A stretch of 62,421 bases of DNA, filler included. It is 6 parts of 6 records of this genome, joined end to end, with 100 filler letters (N's around TTAATTAATTAA, not from the genome) between each part and the next. Parts side by side here need not be neighbours in the genome. Positions count along the whole stretch, not along the records: positions 23,587 to 30,868 come from SRR20825010_3189; positions 30,969 to 49,886 come from SRR20825010_3193; 4 more parts are not named here. One strand, given 5' to 3'. Below are positions 30,385 to 41,247 of this stretch, one piece after another (position 1 is the first letter of the stretch; the number at the start of each line of letters is the position of its first letter). Under the pieces are notes generated by a model. That model made no database searches, was not told the origin of the DNA, and was given only the letters and a program-made list of their open reading frames with translations. Both the position numbers and the translations under genes were made by a program.

Positions 30385-30868
30385 AGCAAAAGCCGATATG
30401 TCTGCAAACGGAGCCTTTGCGCCTGTGCGCATCGACGTGGAAGATGTGCGCCAGAATTTCGGTTCCTTTGCCGCGCTGAACGGTGTGTCGCTGGGCGTCG
30501 AGCCGGGCGAGTTGCTGGCGCTGCTCGGCCCGTCGGGTTCGGGCAAGACCACGTTGCTGCGCGCCATTGCCGGCCTTGCCACACCCGATCAGGGCCGCAT
30601 CCTGTTTCAGGGCCGTAATGCCGATGAACTGACATTGGCCGAGCGCCGCGTCGGATTTGTCTTTCAGCAATATGCCTTGTTCCGGCACATGACCGTGTTC
30701 GACAATATCGCTTTCGGCTTGCGCGTGCGGCCACGCGGTGCGCGGCCCACATCGCGCGAGATCGCATCGCGTGTCGAGCGTCTGCTTGCCCTTGTGCAGC
30801 TGGATGATCTGGGTGGGCGCTTCCCGCAGCAATTGTCGGGTGGCCAGCGCCAGCGTGTCGCGCTTGCC
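30374..30868 (+). CDS. cysA: Sulfate ABC transporter ATP-binding CysA (3' truncated)
   Basis: [32 protein letters not shown]; operon context. Confidence 0.92.
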
Positions 30869-30968
30869 NNNNNNNNNNNNNNNNNNNNNNNNNNNNNNNN
30901 NNNNNNNNNNNNTTAATTAATTAANNNNNNNNNNNNNNNNNNNNNNNNNNNNNNNNNNNNNNNNNNNN
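30869..30968. other. Artificial contig spacer
   Basis: N-run, TTAATTAATTAA, N-run. Confidence 0.99.
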
Positions 30969-31024
30969 AAGGTGTCTGAGCGAAGCGAGTTCTTTTTCTA
31001 AAGAAAAGATACCCCCACCCCGGG
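30969..31024. repeat. Probable partial intergenic REP/MITE-like element
   Basis: GGTGTCTGAGCGAAGCGAGTT...GAAAAGATACCCCCACCCC at the contig edge downstream of recJ; resembles palindromic repeats recalled from Marinobacter. Confidence 0.45.
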
Positions 31025-31069
31025 CCCAGCCCGCCAAGGCCAAGTCCCCAAATGCCAGACTCCCAACCT

Positions 31070-32803
31070 TCAGGCCAGAGGCTCCAGATAATCCACCAAA
31101 AGCTGCAGGTTAGTACGCCCACGAAAGGTATTGGCATCAGGTTTGTAAACCACCCGCGCACCAGTCCTGGTGTAGTCGGGCACTTCCGGCCCGGTGTTGA
31201 AGGCGATGCCATCGATGATGGCGCCGCCCTCTTCCGGCTGGAGCACCAGCTTCAGGTGGTTCTCGCCAACGATGCGCTGGCTGACCACACGGAAGTTGCC
31301 GTCAAACAGGGGCTCCGGGAAATGCTGCCCCCAGGGACCGGCACGCTTTAACAGGGTGGCGGTTTCCAGGTGAAGCTCGCCCGGGCTCAGGGGGCCATCG
31401 GTGGTAATGGCCGCCTCAAGGTCTTCCGCCCGCAGGGTATCGCGGACCGCCCGGTCGAACGCGTCACTGAACGCATCCAGGTCACCGCGGGACAGGGTCA
31501 TGCCTGCCGCCATGGCATGGCCGCCGAACTTTTTCATCATCCCCGGGTGCCTGGCATCAACCACGGCGAGCACGTCGCGGATATGCAGGCCCGGGATGGA
31601 ACGGGCCGAACCCTTGATGTCCTCGCCGTTGTCGTCCGGCGCAAACGCAATCGTCGGGCGGTGGGTCTGCTCACGAATACGGGCTGCCAGTATGCCAATC
31701 ACACCCTGGTGCCAGTCGGTGTCGAACAGGGCCAGGCCCCACGGCAGGCCCTCAATGTCCAGCGACATGGACGCCAACAGGTCCTGGGCCTGGGTTTTCA
31801 TGTCTTTTTCGATAGTGCGACGTTCGCGGTTGAAGGTATCCAGTTCGCGGGCGAGGCGCTGGGCTTCGTCACGGCTGTCTGCCAGCAGGCAGGCAATGCC
31901 CACGCTCATATCGTCCAGGCGACCGGCAGCATTCAGCCTTGGGCCAACCACAAACCCGAGATCCGTGGAGCTGATTTCGCTGTGATCGCGGCCTGCCACT
32001 TCCAGCAGCGCCAGAATACCGGGGCGGGCCTCCCCCTGGCGGATGCGGCGCAGGCCCTGTTCCACGAAGATGCGGTTGTTATGATCCAAGGGAACAACGT
32101 CCGCTACTGTGCCAAGCGCCACAAGATCCAACAGATTGCCGAGATTAGGTTGCGGCTCTGGCAACAGGCCCTGCTCACGCAGATGCTTTCGAAGAGCCGT
32201 CAGCACATAGAACATCACACCCACGCCCGCCGCGTTCTTGCTCAAGAAGGGGCAGCCGGGCTGGTTGGGGTTCACAATGGCGTCCGCCTCAGGCAGGGTT
32301 TCACCGGCCAGGTGATGATCGGTCACAACCACCCGGATGCCCAGTTCCCGGGCTGCGCGAACACCTTCCACGGCGGAAATACCGTTGTCCACGGTCACCA
32401 GTAGGTCCGGCAGCGCACCCTCATCTCTCAACCGGTGGATAATGCCCGGCGTCAATCCATAACCGTCGGAAAACCGGCTGGGCACGCGGAAGTCAATATC
32501 GTTCAGCCCCAGCATCCCCAATCCCAGCATGGCAACTGCCGTGCTGGTGGCGCCGTCGGCGTCGAAGTCCCCAAGCACCAGCACTCGCTGCTGACTGGTG
32601 ATGGCTTCCGCCAGGAGCGCAACGGCACGGTCGACACCTCTTAGATCCATGGGCGATGCCAGGTGTTTCAGTGTGTAGGTGAGTTGGTCATCGGAAGTCA
32701 CGCCACGGGCGGCGTATAGACGGCGAAGCAGTGGGGGCAGATTCTGGCCCCAGTCCGGAGTGGTGTCCGGGCTGGGGCGACGAAGGATTTTTTTGGGCGT
32801 CAT
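31070..32803 (-). CDS. recJ: ssDNA exonuclease RecJ
   Basis: GDFDADG, TDHH, GPRLNAAGRL, GSARS, GGHAMAAG. Confidence 0.97.
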   Translation of the reverse strand: MTPKKILRRPSPDTTPDWGQNLPPLLRRLYAARGVTSDDQLTYTLKHLASPMDLRGVDRAVALLAEAITSQQRVLVLGDFDADGATSTAVAMLGLGMLGLNDIDFRVPSRFSDGYGLTPGIIHRLRDEGALPDLLVTVDNGISAVEGVRAARELGIRVVVTDHHLAGETLPEADAIVNPNQPGCPFLSKNAAGVGVMFYVLTALRKHLREQGLLPEPQPNLGNLLDLVALGTVADVVPLDHNNRIFVEQGLRRIRQGEARPGILALLEVAGRDHSEISSTDLGFVVGPRLNAAGRLDDMSVGIACLLADSRDEAQRLARELDTFNRERRTIEKDMKTQAQDLLASMSLDIEGLPWGLALFDTDWHQGVIGILAARIREQTHRPTIAFAPDDNGEDIKGSARSIPGLHIRDVLAVVDARHPGMMKKFGGHAMAAGMTLSRGDLDAFSDAFDRAVRDTLRAEDLEAAITTDGPLSPGELHLETATLLKRAGPWGQHFPEPLFDGNFRVVSQRIVGENHLKLVLQPEEGGAIIDGIAFNTGPEVPDYTRTGARVVYKPDANTFRGRTNLQLLVDYLEPLA

Positions 32804-32808
32804 ACCAC

Positions 32809-34212
32809 TCAGGTATTTTTCCAGTGTTTGGCGATAAAGTCCTGCACGGCGGACAGGTCATTATCCAAAACGGTGTATCGCTCCTCCCGTTCGAACAGAT
32901 CCGACATATGCACCGGCAGGGACGGCTCGGCTTTAACACCTGAGCGCAACACGGCATCCGGGAACTTGGCCGGATGCGCAGTACCCAGGGTAATCATCGG
33001 TACCGCCGGGTCGCGACGACAGTTTCGGGCCGCACGCACGCCGATGGCGGTATGGGGGTCGAGCAAGTACTCGTTCTGGTCAAACACCTCACGGATGGTG
33101 TCTGTGGTGCCCTCATCACCCACCGCGTCACTGTCAAACAGTTTGCGAGCGTGCTTCCAGCGGTAATCTTCAATGCTGACTGGGCCCTTGGTGGCATTCT
33201 CCAACAGGTCCTTTACCGCAGCCCCGTCGCGGCCGTGCAGGTCGAACAACAGGCGCTCGAAATTGCTGGACACCATGATATCCATGCTTGGTGACAAGGT
33301 ATGCTCAAGCTGGAGCTGCTCGTAGCGATTGCCACTCATAAAGCGATGCAGGATGTCGTTACGGTTGGTGGCGATCACCAACTGGGAGATCGGCAAACCC
33401 ATTTTCTTGGCCAGATAACCCGCGAAGATATCGCCGAAGTTACCCGTGGGCACCGAGAAAGCCATACTCCGATCCGGACCGCCGAGCGCCAGGGAAGCAT
33501 GAAAGTAGTAGACGATCTGAGCCATGATACGGGCCCAGTTAATGGAATTCACCGCCGCAAGCTGGGTTTGACCACCGAGGAACGACTGGTCACCAAAGCT
33601 CGCCTTCACCATGCGCTGGCAGTCATCAAAGTTGCCGCGCACCGCGATGTTATGGATATTGTCACCCTTCACGGTGGTCATCTGGCGACGCTGCACCTCG
33701 GACACCCGTTCATGGGGATGCAGGATGAAAATGTCGACGTGTTCGCACCGGCGGCACCCCTCAATGGCGGCGGAGCCGGTATCACCGGACGTTGCCCCCA
33801 TGATCACCACGTGCTGCTTGCGTTTCTCCAACACGTAGTCCAACAGGCGCCCCAGCAGTTGCAGGGCAAAATCCTTGAACGCCAGGGTTGGGCCACGGAA
33901 AAGCTCCATGACCCACTCATTGGTGTCCAACTGAACCAGTGGGGCCACCGCTTTATGGGCAAATACATCACCGTAGGTCTCGTCCAGCATCCTGCGGAAA
34001 TCCTCCGCAGGAATCGCATCGTCGACAAACGGGTGCATTACCTTGAAAGCGAGCTCGCTGTAGGAAAGCCCACGCCAGCTGCGAATTTCTTCCAGGCTGA
34101 AATGAGGCAATGATTCCGGGACATACAGGCCACCGTCGGTGGCCAGGCCTGTCAGCAGGACGTCTTCAAAGCCCAGGGCGGGAGCTTCGCCCCGTGTACT
34201 GATGTATCTCAC
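32809..34212 (-). CDS. thrC: Threonine synthase
   Basis: MRYISTRG, GPTLAFKD, ATSGDTGSAA, VPTGNFG. Confidence 0.97.
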   Translation of the reverse strand: MRYISTRGEAPALGFEDVLLTGLATDGGLYVPESLPHFSLEEIRSWRGLSYSELAFKVMHPFVDDAIPAEDFRRMLDETYGDVFAHKAVAPLVQLDTNEWVMELFRGPTLAFKDFALQLLGRLLDYVLEKRKQHVVIMGATSGDTGSAAIEGCRRCEHVDIFILHPHERVSEVQRRQMTTVKGDNIHNIAVRGNFDDCQRMVKASFGDQSFLGGQTQLAAVNSINWARIMAQIVYYFHASLALGGPDRSMAFSVPTGNFGDIFAGYLAKKMGLPISQLVIATNRNDILHRFMSGNRYEQLQLEHTLSPSMDIMVSSNFERLLFDLHGRDGAAVKDLLENATKGPVSIEDYRWKHARKLFDSDAVGDEGTTDTIREVFDQNEYLLDPHTAIGVRAARNCRRDPAVPMITLGTAHPAKFPDAVLRSGVKAEPSLPVHMSDLFEREERYTVLDNDLSAVQDFIAKHWKNT

Positions 34213-34224
34213 CTTGCGTTCCTG

Positions 34225-35526
34225 TCAGTTAAAGTTTTCGGCGCGGATACGGACGACTTTTTCGTCGATATCGCTCAGGGCTTCCAGCTCTTCAATAGCG
34301 CGGTTGATCTGTCGCTCCTGGACCGTGTGGGTCAGGATAATTACCGGGATGCGGCCATCTTTCAGCTCCGATTCCTTCTGCATAATGGACTCGATGTTGA
34401 TGCCGTGCTCACTGAGAATGGAAGCGACTTTCGCCAGCACGCCGGGACGGTCCAGCGCCTGTATGCGCAGGTAATAGGCGGACTGAACATCCTCCATCGG
34501 CAGCACCGGCAGATCTTCCATTGCCGCAGGCTCGAAGCCAAGGTAGGGAACCCGCTGGTTGCTCTTGGCAGCCACGGAACGGGCCGCGTCGATGATATCG
34601 GCGATAACCGCTGATGCCGTGGCCTCATCGCCGGCGCCGGGGCCGTAATACATGGTCTGGCCAACGGCATCACCGTCCACCAGAACTGCGTTCAACACAC
34701 CATCCACCTGTGCAATGAGATGGCTGCGCGGAACCAGCGTGGGATGCACCCGCAACTCGATGCCCTCATCGCGGCGACGTGCGATCCCCAGGTGCTTGAT
34801 GCGATAACCAAGAATTTCCGCGTGAGCGATGTCGTAAGGGGTGATTTCCGAAATCCCCTCGGTGTAGGCTTTTTCAAATTGCAGCGGCACACCAAAGCCT
34901 GCAGAGGCCAGGATCGTCAATTTGTGTGCAGCGTCAATGCCTTCCACATCGAAGGTCGGGTCCGCCTCGGCATACCCCAGGTCCTGAGCTTCTTTCAGCA
35001 CTTCAGCGAACTCGCGACCGGCGCGCATCTCGGTGAGAATATAGTTACCGGTGCCGTTGATGATGCCGGCGATCCAGTCAACGCGGTTGGCGGCCATGCC
35101 TTCGCGAACAGCCTTGATGACGGGGATACCGCCAGCAACGCCAGCCTCGTAGGAAACGATCACATTCTGCTTCGCCGCTGCCTCGAAAATCTCGTTGCCA
35201 TGGACCGCAATCAACGCCTTGTTGGCGGTGACTACGTGCTTGCCATTTCGGATGGCAGCCAGCACCAGCTCCCGAGCGGTTTCGTAACCACCAATCAATT
35301 CGACCACAACATCCACAGACGGGTCGTTCACCACGTCAAAAATGTCGGTACTGAACGGGATATCCCCCAGATCAATATCATTGCGCGGGGTGCGTGTCGC
35401 CACCCGGGCAATACGGAGATTGAAACCTGTCCGGCCTGTGATCAGGCTGGCATTACGGGTCAGTACGTTGAACGTACCACCACCGACTGTTCCCAGTCCG
35501 CAGATTCCGACATTGACGTCTTTCAA
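34225..35526 (-). CDS. hom: Homoserine dehydrogenase with ACT domain
   Basis: GLGTVG, VVTANKA, GYAEADPTFDVEG, DRPGVLA. Confidence 0.97.
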   Translation of the reverse strand: MKDVNVGICGLGTVGGGTFNVLTRNASLITGRTGFNLRIARVATRTPRNDIDLGDIPFSTDIFDVVNDPSVDVVVELIGGYETARELVLAAIRNGKHVVTANKALIAVHGNEIFEAAAKQNVIVSYEAGVAGGIPVIKAVREGMAANRVDWIAGIINGTGNYILTEMRAGREFAEVLKEAQDLGYAEADPTFDVEGIDAAHKLTILASAGFGVPLQFEKAYTEGISEITPYDIAHAEILGYRIKHLGIARRRDEGIELRVHPTLVPRSHLIAQVDGVLNAVLVDGDAVGQTMYYGPGAGDEATASAVIADIIDAARSVAAKSNQRVPYLGFEPAAMEDLPVLPMEDVQSAYYLRIQALDRPGVLAKVASILSEHGINIESIMQKESELKDGRIPVIILTHTVQERQINRAIEELEALSDIDEKVVRIRAENFN

Positions 35527-35638
35527 GCTTTCACCTCTGTTCCCGATGGGTTGCTGTGGGGAGCGATAGTATAACGGTTAACGGGCGCCCGAATAAGCCC
35601 CGCCTGATGAACAGGCAAACAAGGCATTCCGTAGCCTA

Positions 35639-36382
35639 TCAGAGCAGCCCCAGGCCTTCAGCCAGTTTTTCAGACGGCACGTAACCACGCACCATATTAC
35701 CGTCTTCCAGTACGATCGCCGGGGTACCCGTCACACCGACGCGACTACCCAGCTCGAATTGCTCCCTGACCGGGTTCTCGCAGCTCTGATCATCCACGGA
35801 TCGACCCTGCTTGGCGGCATTCATGGCAGCCTGCGGATCATCGGAACACCAGACGGAAATATACTTGCGAAAAGAGGGCGTATTGGGGCCGGAACGGGGA
35901 AAGCCATAGTAATTGACAGTAATACCCAATTCGTTCAGTCGCGGAACCTCGTCATGCAGCTTGCGGCAGTATGGGCAATCGATATCGGTGAACACAGCAA
36001 TAGAAGCCTTTTCGGTGCCCTTGGCCGGAAAACTGATCAGCCCCTCATCACCGAACTCGTCCATGGTTTGAGCGCGCTGGGACGCCCTGCCCTGTTCAGA
36101 GATATTGGCAATACCGTTCGCGGTCACTTTCAGCAGGTCGCCGGTCAGGAGGTACTGACCATCGGCCGTTGTGAAAATGGTATCGCCGTTATTACTGTAC
36201 ACCTCGTACAAACCCTCAGCCTCCGATTTGCGGACATCGGATATCTTCAGCCCCGGAATCGCTGCGGTGAGTTTGTCGGCAATCGTATCCTCGACCTCGC
36301 CCGCATGAGCAGTGTGAGCGCCAGCCGCCAGAGCCGCGAGCACCAGTGGCAGCATGGGTTTAAACAAGTTCTTGATCAGCAT
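35639..36382 (-). CDS. dsbC: Disulfide isomerase DsbC
   Basis: Signal peptide; FTDIDCPYC; GTPA. Confidence 0.92.
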   Translation of the reverse strand: MLIKNLFKPMLPLVLAALAAGAHTAHAGEVEDTIADKLTAAIPGLKISDVRKSEAEGLYEVYSNNGDTIFTTADGQYLLTGDLLKVTANGIANISEQGRASQRAQTMDEFGDEGLISFPAKGTEKASIAVFTDIDCPYCRKLHDEVPRLNELGITVNYYGFPRSGPNTPSFRKYISVWCSDDPQAAMNAAKQGRSVDDQSCENPVREQFELGSRVGVTGTPAIVLEDGNMVRGYVPSEKLAEGLGLL

Positions 36383-36530
36383 ATTGGTTTCCAGTTTTCC
36401 AGAATCACGAAGGTATATAGCCTGTCAGACGGCGAATTCCGCCGAGTTTGTGCGACACCGCTGCCCGCAAAAAGTTCAGTGTACCAAGCGCCATGCCCGC
36501 CGACTAACCCGGGATGTTACGACACTCTAA

Positions 36531-37463
36531 CTAACCGCGCGGATGGTGAGCCTGATGCAGCGATTGTAATCGCTGACGTGCCACATGGGTGTATATCTGG
36601 GTTGTCGACAAGTCCGAATGCCCAAGTAACATCTGAACCACCCGTAAGTCGGCACCATGATTCAACAGATGCGTCGCAAAGGCATGGCGAAGGGTATGGG
36701 GTGACAGATGCTTGAGAATTCCAGCACGGAGTGCGTAATGTTTGATCCGATGCCAGAAGGTCTGCCGCGTCATCGCAGCGGGACGGTTACCCGGAAACAG
36801 TGCGTTGCTGGCCCGCCCCTTGAGAAGCTCACCTCGCCCCTCCCTCATGTAACGTACCAGCCAATCAACTGCCTCTTCACCAAGCGGAACCAGGCGCTCC
36901 TTGTTTCCCTTGCCAACAATCCTGACCACCCCCTGGCGCAGGTTCACCTCATCCACCGTTAAAGCCACAAGCTCCGAAACCCGCAAACCGCAGCCGTACA
37001 GGATTTCCATCATCGCCTTGTCGCGAAGCTCAATGGGCACTTCAGGATCGGGTTCCGACAACAGGTTTTCCACGTCGTCTTCCGACAAAGAATCCGGCAA
37101 CCGTCGAGGAAGGCGGGGGCTATCTATTCGCAGTGTAGGGTCTTCAGCGATCACGCCTTCTCGCAAAAGGTAGCGGAAAAAACGACGAAGACCGGAGAGG
37201 CGACGGGCAGCCGTGGAGGTTTTGAAACCATCAGACAACCCACGGGATATCCAGCCCAGCAAGTCGGTCCGGCGCACCTCGGTCAGCAGGGGCGTTCCCG
37301 GCTGCTCCTGCAGCCAGGCCGCCAACCGCTCAAGATCACTCCGGTACGCCTGACGGGTTTTTTCGCCCAAGCCATCTTCAAGCCAGATGGCATCGGTGAA
37401 GCGCACAATGACCGCTTCATCCTGGGATCTAAGCTCAACTCTGGAGGTGGGTTTCCGGGGCAT
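36531..37463 (-). CDS. xerD: Tyrosine recombinase XerD
   Basis: GLRVSEL, GKGNKERLVP, HTLRHAFATHLL, LGHSDLSTTQIYTHVA; xerD-dsbC synteny. Confidence 0.95.
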   Translation of the reverse strand: MPRKPTSRVELRSQDEAVIVRFTDAIWLEDGLGEKTRQAYRSDLERLAAWLQEQPGTPLLTEVRRTDLLGWISRGLSDGFKTSTAARRLSGLRRFFRYLLREGVIAEDPTLRIDSPRLPRRLPDSLSEDDVENLLSEPDPEVPIELRDKAMMEILYGCGLRVSELVALTVDEVNLRQGVVRIVGKGNKERLVPLGEEAVDWLVRYMREGRGELLKGRASNALFPGNRPAAMTRQTFWHRIKHYALRAGILKHLSPHTLRHAFATHLLNHGADLRVVQMLLGHSDLSTTQIYTHVARQRLQSLHQAHHPRG

Positions 37464-37515
37464 GGCGGCCTACTCGAAACGAAACGGGCACGAAAAGTTC
37501 CGGCAACCGGATACG

Positions 37516-37541
37516 AAAAAGGCAGCCTTGGGCTGCCTTTT
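37516..37541 (-). terminator. Intrinsic terminator after rplS
   Basis: AAAAAGGCAGCC-TTG-GGCTGCCTTTT hairpin flanked by A and T tracts. Confidence 0.85.
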
Positions 37542-37572
37542 CCTGACGAACTGTACCAGCAACTTCTGCTGA

Positions 37573-37929
37573 TCAGCCCAGCTTTTCCTTGATACGAGCT
37601 GCCTTGCCAGACAGGTCGCGCAGGTAGTAAAGCTTAGCCTGGCGAACGTCACCACGACGCTTCACACTGATGCTGTCGATCAGCTTGGAGAAGGTCTGGA
37701 AGGTACGCTCAACACCCACACCGTAGGACACTTTCCGTACAGTGAAGGAAGAGTTCATGCCACGGTTGCGCTTGCCGATCACAACGCCTTCGAACGCCTG
37801 CAGACGCTCACGGTTGCCCTCGGTAACGCGAACCTGGATTACCACGGTATCACCCGGCGCAAAGGCAGGGATTTCCTTGGTCATCTGCTCCGATTCAATT
37901 TGACTGATGATGTTGTTCTTGCCGCTCAT
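37573..37929 (-). CDS. rplS: 50S ribosomal protein L19
   Basis: [25 protein letters not shown]. Confidence 0.98.
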   Translation of the reverse strand: MSGKNNIISQIESEQMTKEIPAFAPGDTVVIQVRVTEGNRERLQAFEGVVIGKRNRGMNSSFTVRKVSYGVGVERTFQTFSKLIDSISVKRRGDVRQAKLYYLRDLSGKAARIKEKLG

Positions 37930-37955
37930 CGTATGTGCTCCTGATACCCAATCTT

Positions 37956-38714
37956 TTAATGCCCTGATGATTCAGAGGCACCCGGTTCGTTCAAAATCTC
38001 TTCCAGCAGCTCACGCTCTTCGTCCGTAAACACCCGCTTATCCAGCAGGTCGGGGCGTCGCTCCCGGGTTCGCCTCAACGACTGTTTCAGCCGCCAACGC
38101 CGGATCTGATCATGGTGACCGCCTAACAAAACATCCGGCACAGCCTGACCTTCGTAAACCTCCGGCCGGGTGTAGTGCGGACAATCCAGCAAACCGTCAG
38201 CAAAGGAATCCTGCTCTGCCGACTGCGCATGACCCAGCGCTCCGGGGATGAGGCGTGTAACCGCATCAATGACAGCCATGGCCGCCAACTCGCCACCGGA
38301 AAGCACGAAATCTCCCAGTGACACCTCCCGATCGACTTCCGCCGATATCAGGCGCTCATCAACACCCTCATATCGCCCAGCGACGAGAATAAGACTCTCT
38401 TCCGCTGCCAGCGATTCAACCACGCCCTGATTCATCGCCTCCCCCTGGGGAGACAGATAAACCACGCAGGCGCGTCCGGGTGCAGACTCCCTTGCCGCAT
38501 GGATGGCATCCCGCAGTGGCTGAATTTTCATCAGCATACCGGGGCCTCCACCGTAAGGCCGGTCGTCTACCGTTCGGTGACGATCATGAGTGAATTCCCG
38601 AGGATTCCAGGCCGTGAACGTCAACAGACCATCACGAACGGCCCTTCCGGTAATCCCGTAATCCGTCACCGCAGCGTACATCTCCGGGAACAGACTGACT
38701 GCGCCAATCCACAC
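37956..38714 (-). CDS. trmD: tRNA (guanine-N1)-methyltransferase
   Basis: [28 protein letters not shown]. Confidence 0.98.
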   Translation of the reverse strand: MWIGAVSLFPEMYAAVTDYGITGRAVRDGLLTFTAWNPREFTHDRHRTVDDRPYGGGPGMLMKIQPLRDAIHAARESAPGRACVVYLSPQGEAMNQGVVESLAAEESLILVAGRYEGVDERLISAEVDREVSLGDFVLSGGELAAMAVIDAVTRLIPGALGHAQSAEQDSFADGLLDCPHYTRPEVYEGQAVPDVLLGGHHDQIRRWRLKQSLRRTRERRPDLLDKRVFTDEERELLEEILNEPGASESSGH

Positions 38715-38717
38715 CCG

Positions 38718-39245
38718 TCAGAACTCCGGATCCCAGTCGGCCACCAAACGCGAGCCGGCCAGATCCACACTCCGGACCACTTGGTCCGGAAGATAGGGAA
38801 TCAGCCGCTCACGCTGGTCAATGGAGGCGTCGGTTGCCCGCACCACCAGGACGTCGTTGGAGCCTGTTTCTATCAGATGATGCACCTTACCCAGGTACTC
38901 ATCCTCTGTCGTGAAAACGTCAAGGCCTTCCAGTTGATGCCAGTAGTATTCCCCTTCGGGGAGCTGCGGCAATTCCTCGGTAGACACAACAACGTCGGCA
39001 CCACAGTAACTGCGGGCCACTTCACGATCATCGATACCTTTCAGCCTGACGACGATCCCCTGGCCTTGCCGGCGACCTTCCTCAAGCCTGGCCGGGATAC
39101 GCTTGCCGTTGTGAACCAAGGTCCAGTCCCGGTAGTTCAGTATTCCGTCCTTGGGGTCAGTATAGGAGTAGACCTTGAGCCACCCCTTAACCCCAAACAC
39201 CGAGGTAATCTGACCAATCACAGTTTCCTGCGAATGTTGAGCCAT
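38718..39245 (-). CDS. rimM: Ribosome maturation factor RimM
   Basis: GVKGWLKV, GEYYWHQLEG, ETGSNDV, DWDPEF. Confidence 0.97.
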   Translation of the reverse strand: MAQHSQETVIGQITSVFGVKGWLKVYSYTDPKDGILNYRDWTLVHNGKRIPARLEEGRRQGQGIVVRLKGIDDREVARSYCGADVVVSTEELPQLPEGEYYWHQLEGLDVFTTEDEYLGKVHHLIETGSNDVLVVRATDASIDQRERLIPYLPDQVVRSVDLAGSRLVADWDPEF

Positions 39246-39277
39246 ACCCTAACCCCGGTGGTGAAACGTTCTTTCAA

Positions 39278-39523
39278 TTACTCTGCAGCAGCGCCTTTCA
39301 GCAGCTGTGCAACGCGCTCGCTGGTCTGGGCGCCTTGACCCAGCCAATGATCGATGCGATCACGATCAATACGCAGACGCTCTTCCTGGCCACGGGCAAC
39401 CGGGTTGAAGAAACCAACACGCTCGATAAAACGACCGTCGCGGGATTTGCGGCTATCTGTCACTGTCAGATGGTAGAACGGGCGCTTCTTGGAGCCGCCA
39501 CGAGCCAAACGGATTATTACCAT
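39278..39523 (-). CDS. rpsP: 30S ribosomal protein S16
   Basis: [17 protein letters not shown]...[14 protein letters not shown]. Confidence 0.98.
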   Translation of the reverse strand: MVIIRLARGGSKKRPFYHLTVTDSRKSRDGRFIERVGFFNPVARGQEERLRIDRDRIDHWLGQGAQTSERVAQLLKGAAAE

Positions 39524-39676
39524 TTCGACCAATATCCTGTTCTGTTGTACGAACTTTGTACGATTCACACCCGCCAAGCTTCAGAAATCACTGGCTGGCG
39601 CGAAGACCCATACTCGAAAGGGGCGCTATTCTATGCTAAATGAACGCCAAAGAAAACAGGGAAAACATCCCGGTTT

Positions 39677-41065
39677 CTACATACGCCCACGCGGAGGCAT
39701 ACCACCGCCTGCGCCACCCGGCGGCATCATACCGCCAAGACCGCGCATCATGTTAGCCATTCCGCCCTTCTTGCCGAATTTCTTCATCATTTTCTGCATT
39801 TGCTTGTGCTGCTTTAGCAGACGATTCACATCCTGGATTTGCGTACCGGACCCCGTCGCAATGCGGCGCTTGCGAGAGTTATTGATCACATCCGGGTAGC
39901 GGCGCTCCTTTGCCGTCATCGAGCAGATAATGGCCTCCATCTGCCCCATGGACTTGTCATTGACCTGTTGCTGGGCCATCTGTGCCATCTGGCCCATACC
40001 GGGCAGCTTATCCATCAGACCGCCGATGCCGCCCATGCTTTTCATCTGCTGAAGCTGGTCACGGAAGTCTTCAAGATCAAAGCTCTTACCCTTCTTGATC
40101 TTCTTTGTCAGTTTCTGGGCTTTCTTCTGATCAATCTTGCGCTCGGCTTCCTCTATAAGGGAGAGCACATCCCCCATACCCAGAATCCGGGACGCCACCC
40201 TGTCAGGGTGGAATGGCTCCAGGGCATCGGACTTCTCGCCCACACCCAGGAACTTGATCGGTTTACCAGTAATGTGACGCACCGACAGCGCGGCACCGCC
40301 ACGGGCATCGCCATCGGTCTTGGTCAGGACAACGCCCGTCAGTGGCAGCGCATCATTAAAGGCCTTGGCCGTGTTGGCAGCATCCTGGCCCGTCATGGCG
40401 TCGACCACAAACAGGGTTTCAACCGGGTTGACGGCTTTATGAAGACGACCAATCTCGCCCATCATCTGCTCATCGACGTGCAGGCGGCCGGCGGTATCCA
40501 GAATCACAACATCAACATGTTTCTTGCGGGCTGCATCCATGGCGCCATTGGCGATATCAACAGGGTCCTGGTCCTCAGAACTGGGAAAGAACTCCACACC
40601 CACTTCACCGGCCAGCGTTTCCAGCTGACGAATGGCCGCCGGGCGATACACGTCGGCGCTCACCACCAGAACGGACTTTTTCTGCCTTTCCTTAAGGAAG
40701 CGGGCAAGCTTGGCCACCGTGGTGGTCTTACCGGCACCCTGCAAGCCGGCCATCATAATCACTGCCGGTGGCTGTACTGCCAGGTTGAGGGATTCGTTGC
40801 CATCCCCCATCACGCGTTCCAGCTCCTGCTGGACAACCTTCACGAATACCTGGCCCGGACTCAGGCTACGCTGAACTTCCTGCCCGATTGCCCGCTGACG
40901 CACGCCCTCAATGAATGCCTTGACCACAGGCAGGGCAACGTCCGCCTCCAACAGCGCCATGCGCACTTCACGCAGCGTTTCCTTTATATTGTCGTCGGTC
41001 AGCCGCGCCTGCCCAGATATCTTGCGCAGACTGCCGGAAAGTCGGTCCTGGAGGTTTTCAAACAT
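39677..41065 (-). CDS. ffh: Signal recognition particle protein Ffh
   Basis: GLQGAGKTT, DTAGRL, TKTDGDARGG, Met-rich M domain. Confidence 0.98.
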   Translation of the reverse strand: MFENLQDRLSGSLRKISGQARLTDDNIKETLREVRMALLEADVALPVVKAFIEGVRQRAIGQEVQRSLSPGQVFVKVVQQELERVMGDGNESLNLAVQPPAVIMMAGLQGAGKTTTVAKLARFLKERQKKSVLVVSADVYRPAAIRQLETLAGEVGVEFFPSSEDQDPVDIANGAMDAARKKHVDVVILDTAGRLHVDEQMMGEIGRLHKAVNPVETLFVVDAMTGQDAANTAKAFNDALPLTGVVLTKTDGDARGGAALSVRHITGKPIKFLGVGEKSDALEPFHPDRVASRILGMGDVLSLIEEAERKIDQKKAQKLTKKIKKGKSFDLEDFRDQLQQMKSMGGIGGLMDKLPGMGQMAQMAQQQVNDKSMGQMEAIICSMTAKERRYPDVINNSRKRRIATGSGTQIQDVNRLLKQHKQMQKMMKKFGKKGGMANMMRGLGGMMPPGGAGGGMPPRGRM

Positions 41066-41247
41066 GTTGCTCTTCCGTACCCGGATAAATTGGTTGCATG
41101 AAACACCGGAACCCGATCAGGTTCCTTGATTCCTGTTGCATAATCGCGACATTATAACCAGACTATCGCCCTGAAACGACCAGCCCGGTCAAATCGGCGT
41201 GGAACCCCGCCGATCTCGAGTCAGAAAGTGGTTATAAAAAGGACGTC

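Noticed and set aside
23632..30868. Functional link between the aromatic catabolic trio and sulfate uptake (aryl-sulfonate use)
   Set aside because: Separated by an AT-rich gap with its own promoter and operator; no desulfonation genes seen
36531..37463. Phage or island integrase
   Set aside because: Sequence and rplS-xerD-dsbC-hom-thrC context identify housekeeping XerD
39839..41101. 420-aa plus-strand ORF and similar long antisense ORFs (e.g. 31370-32404, 15315-16253, 25670-26470)
   Set aside because: Shadow frames opposite well-supported genes in GC-rich DNA, with no motifs
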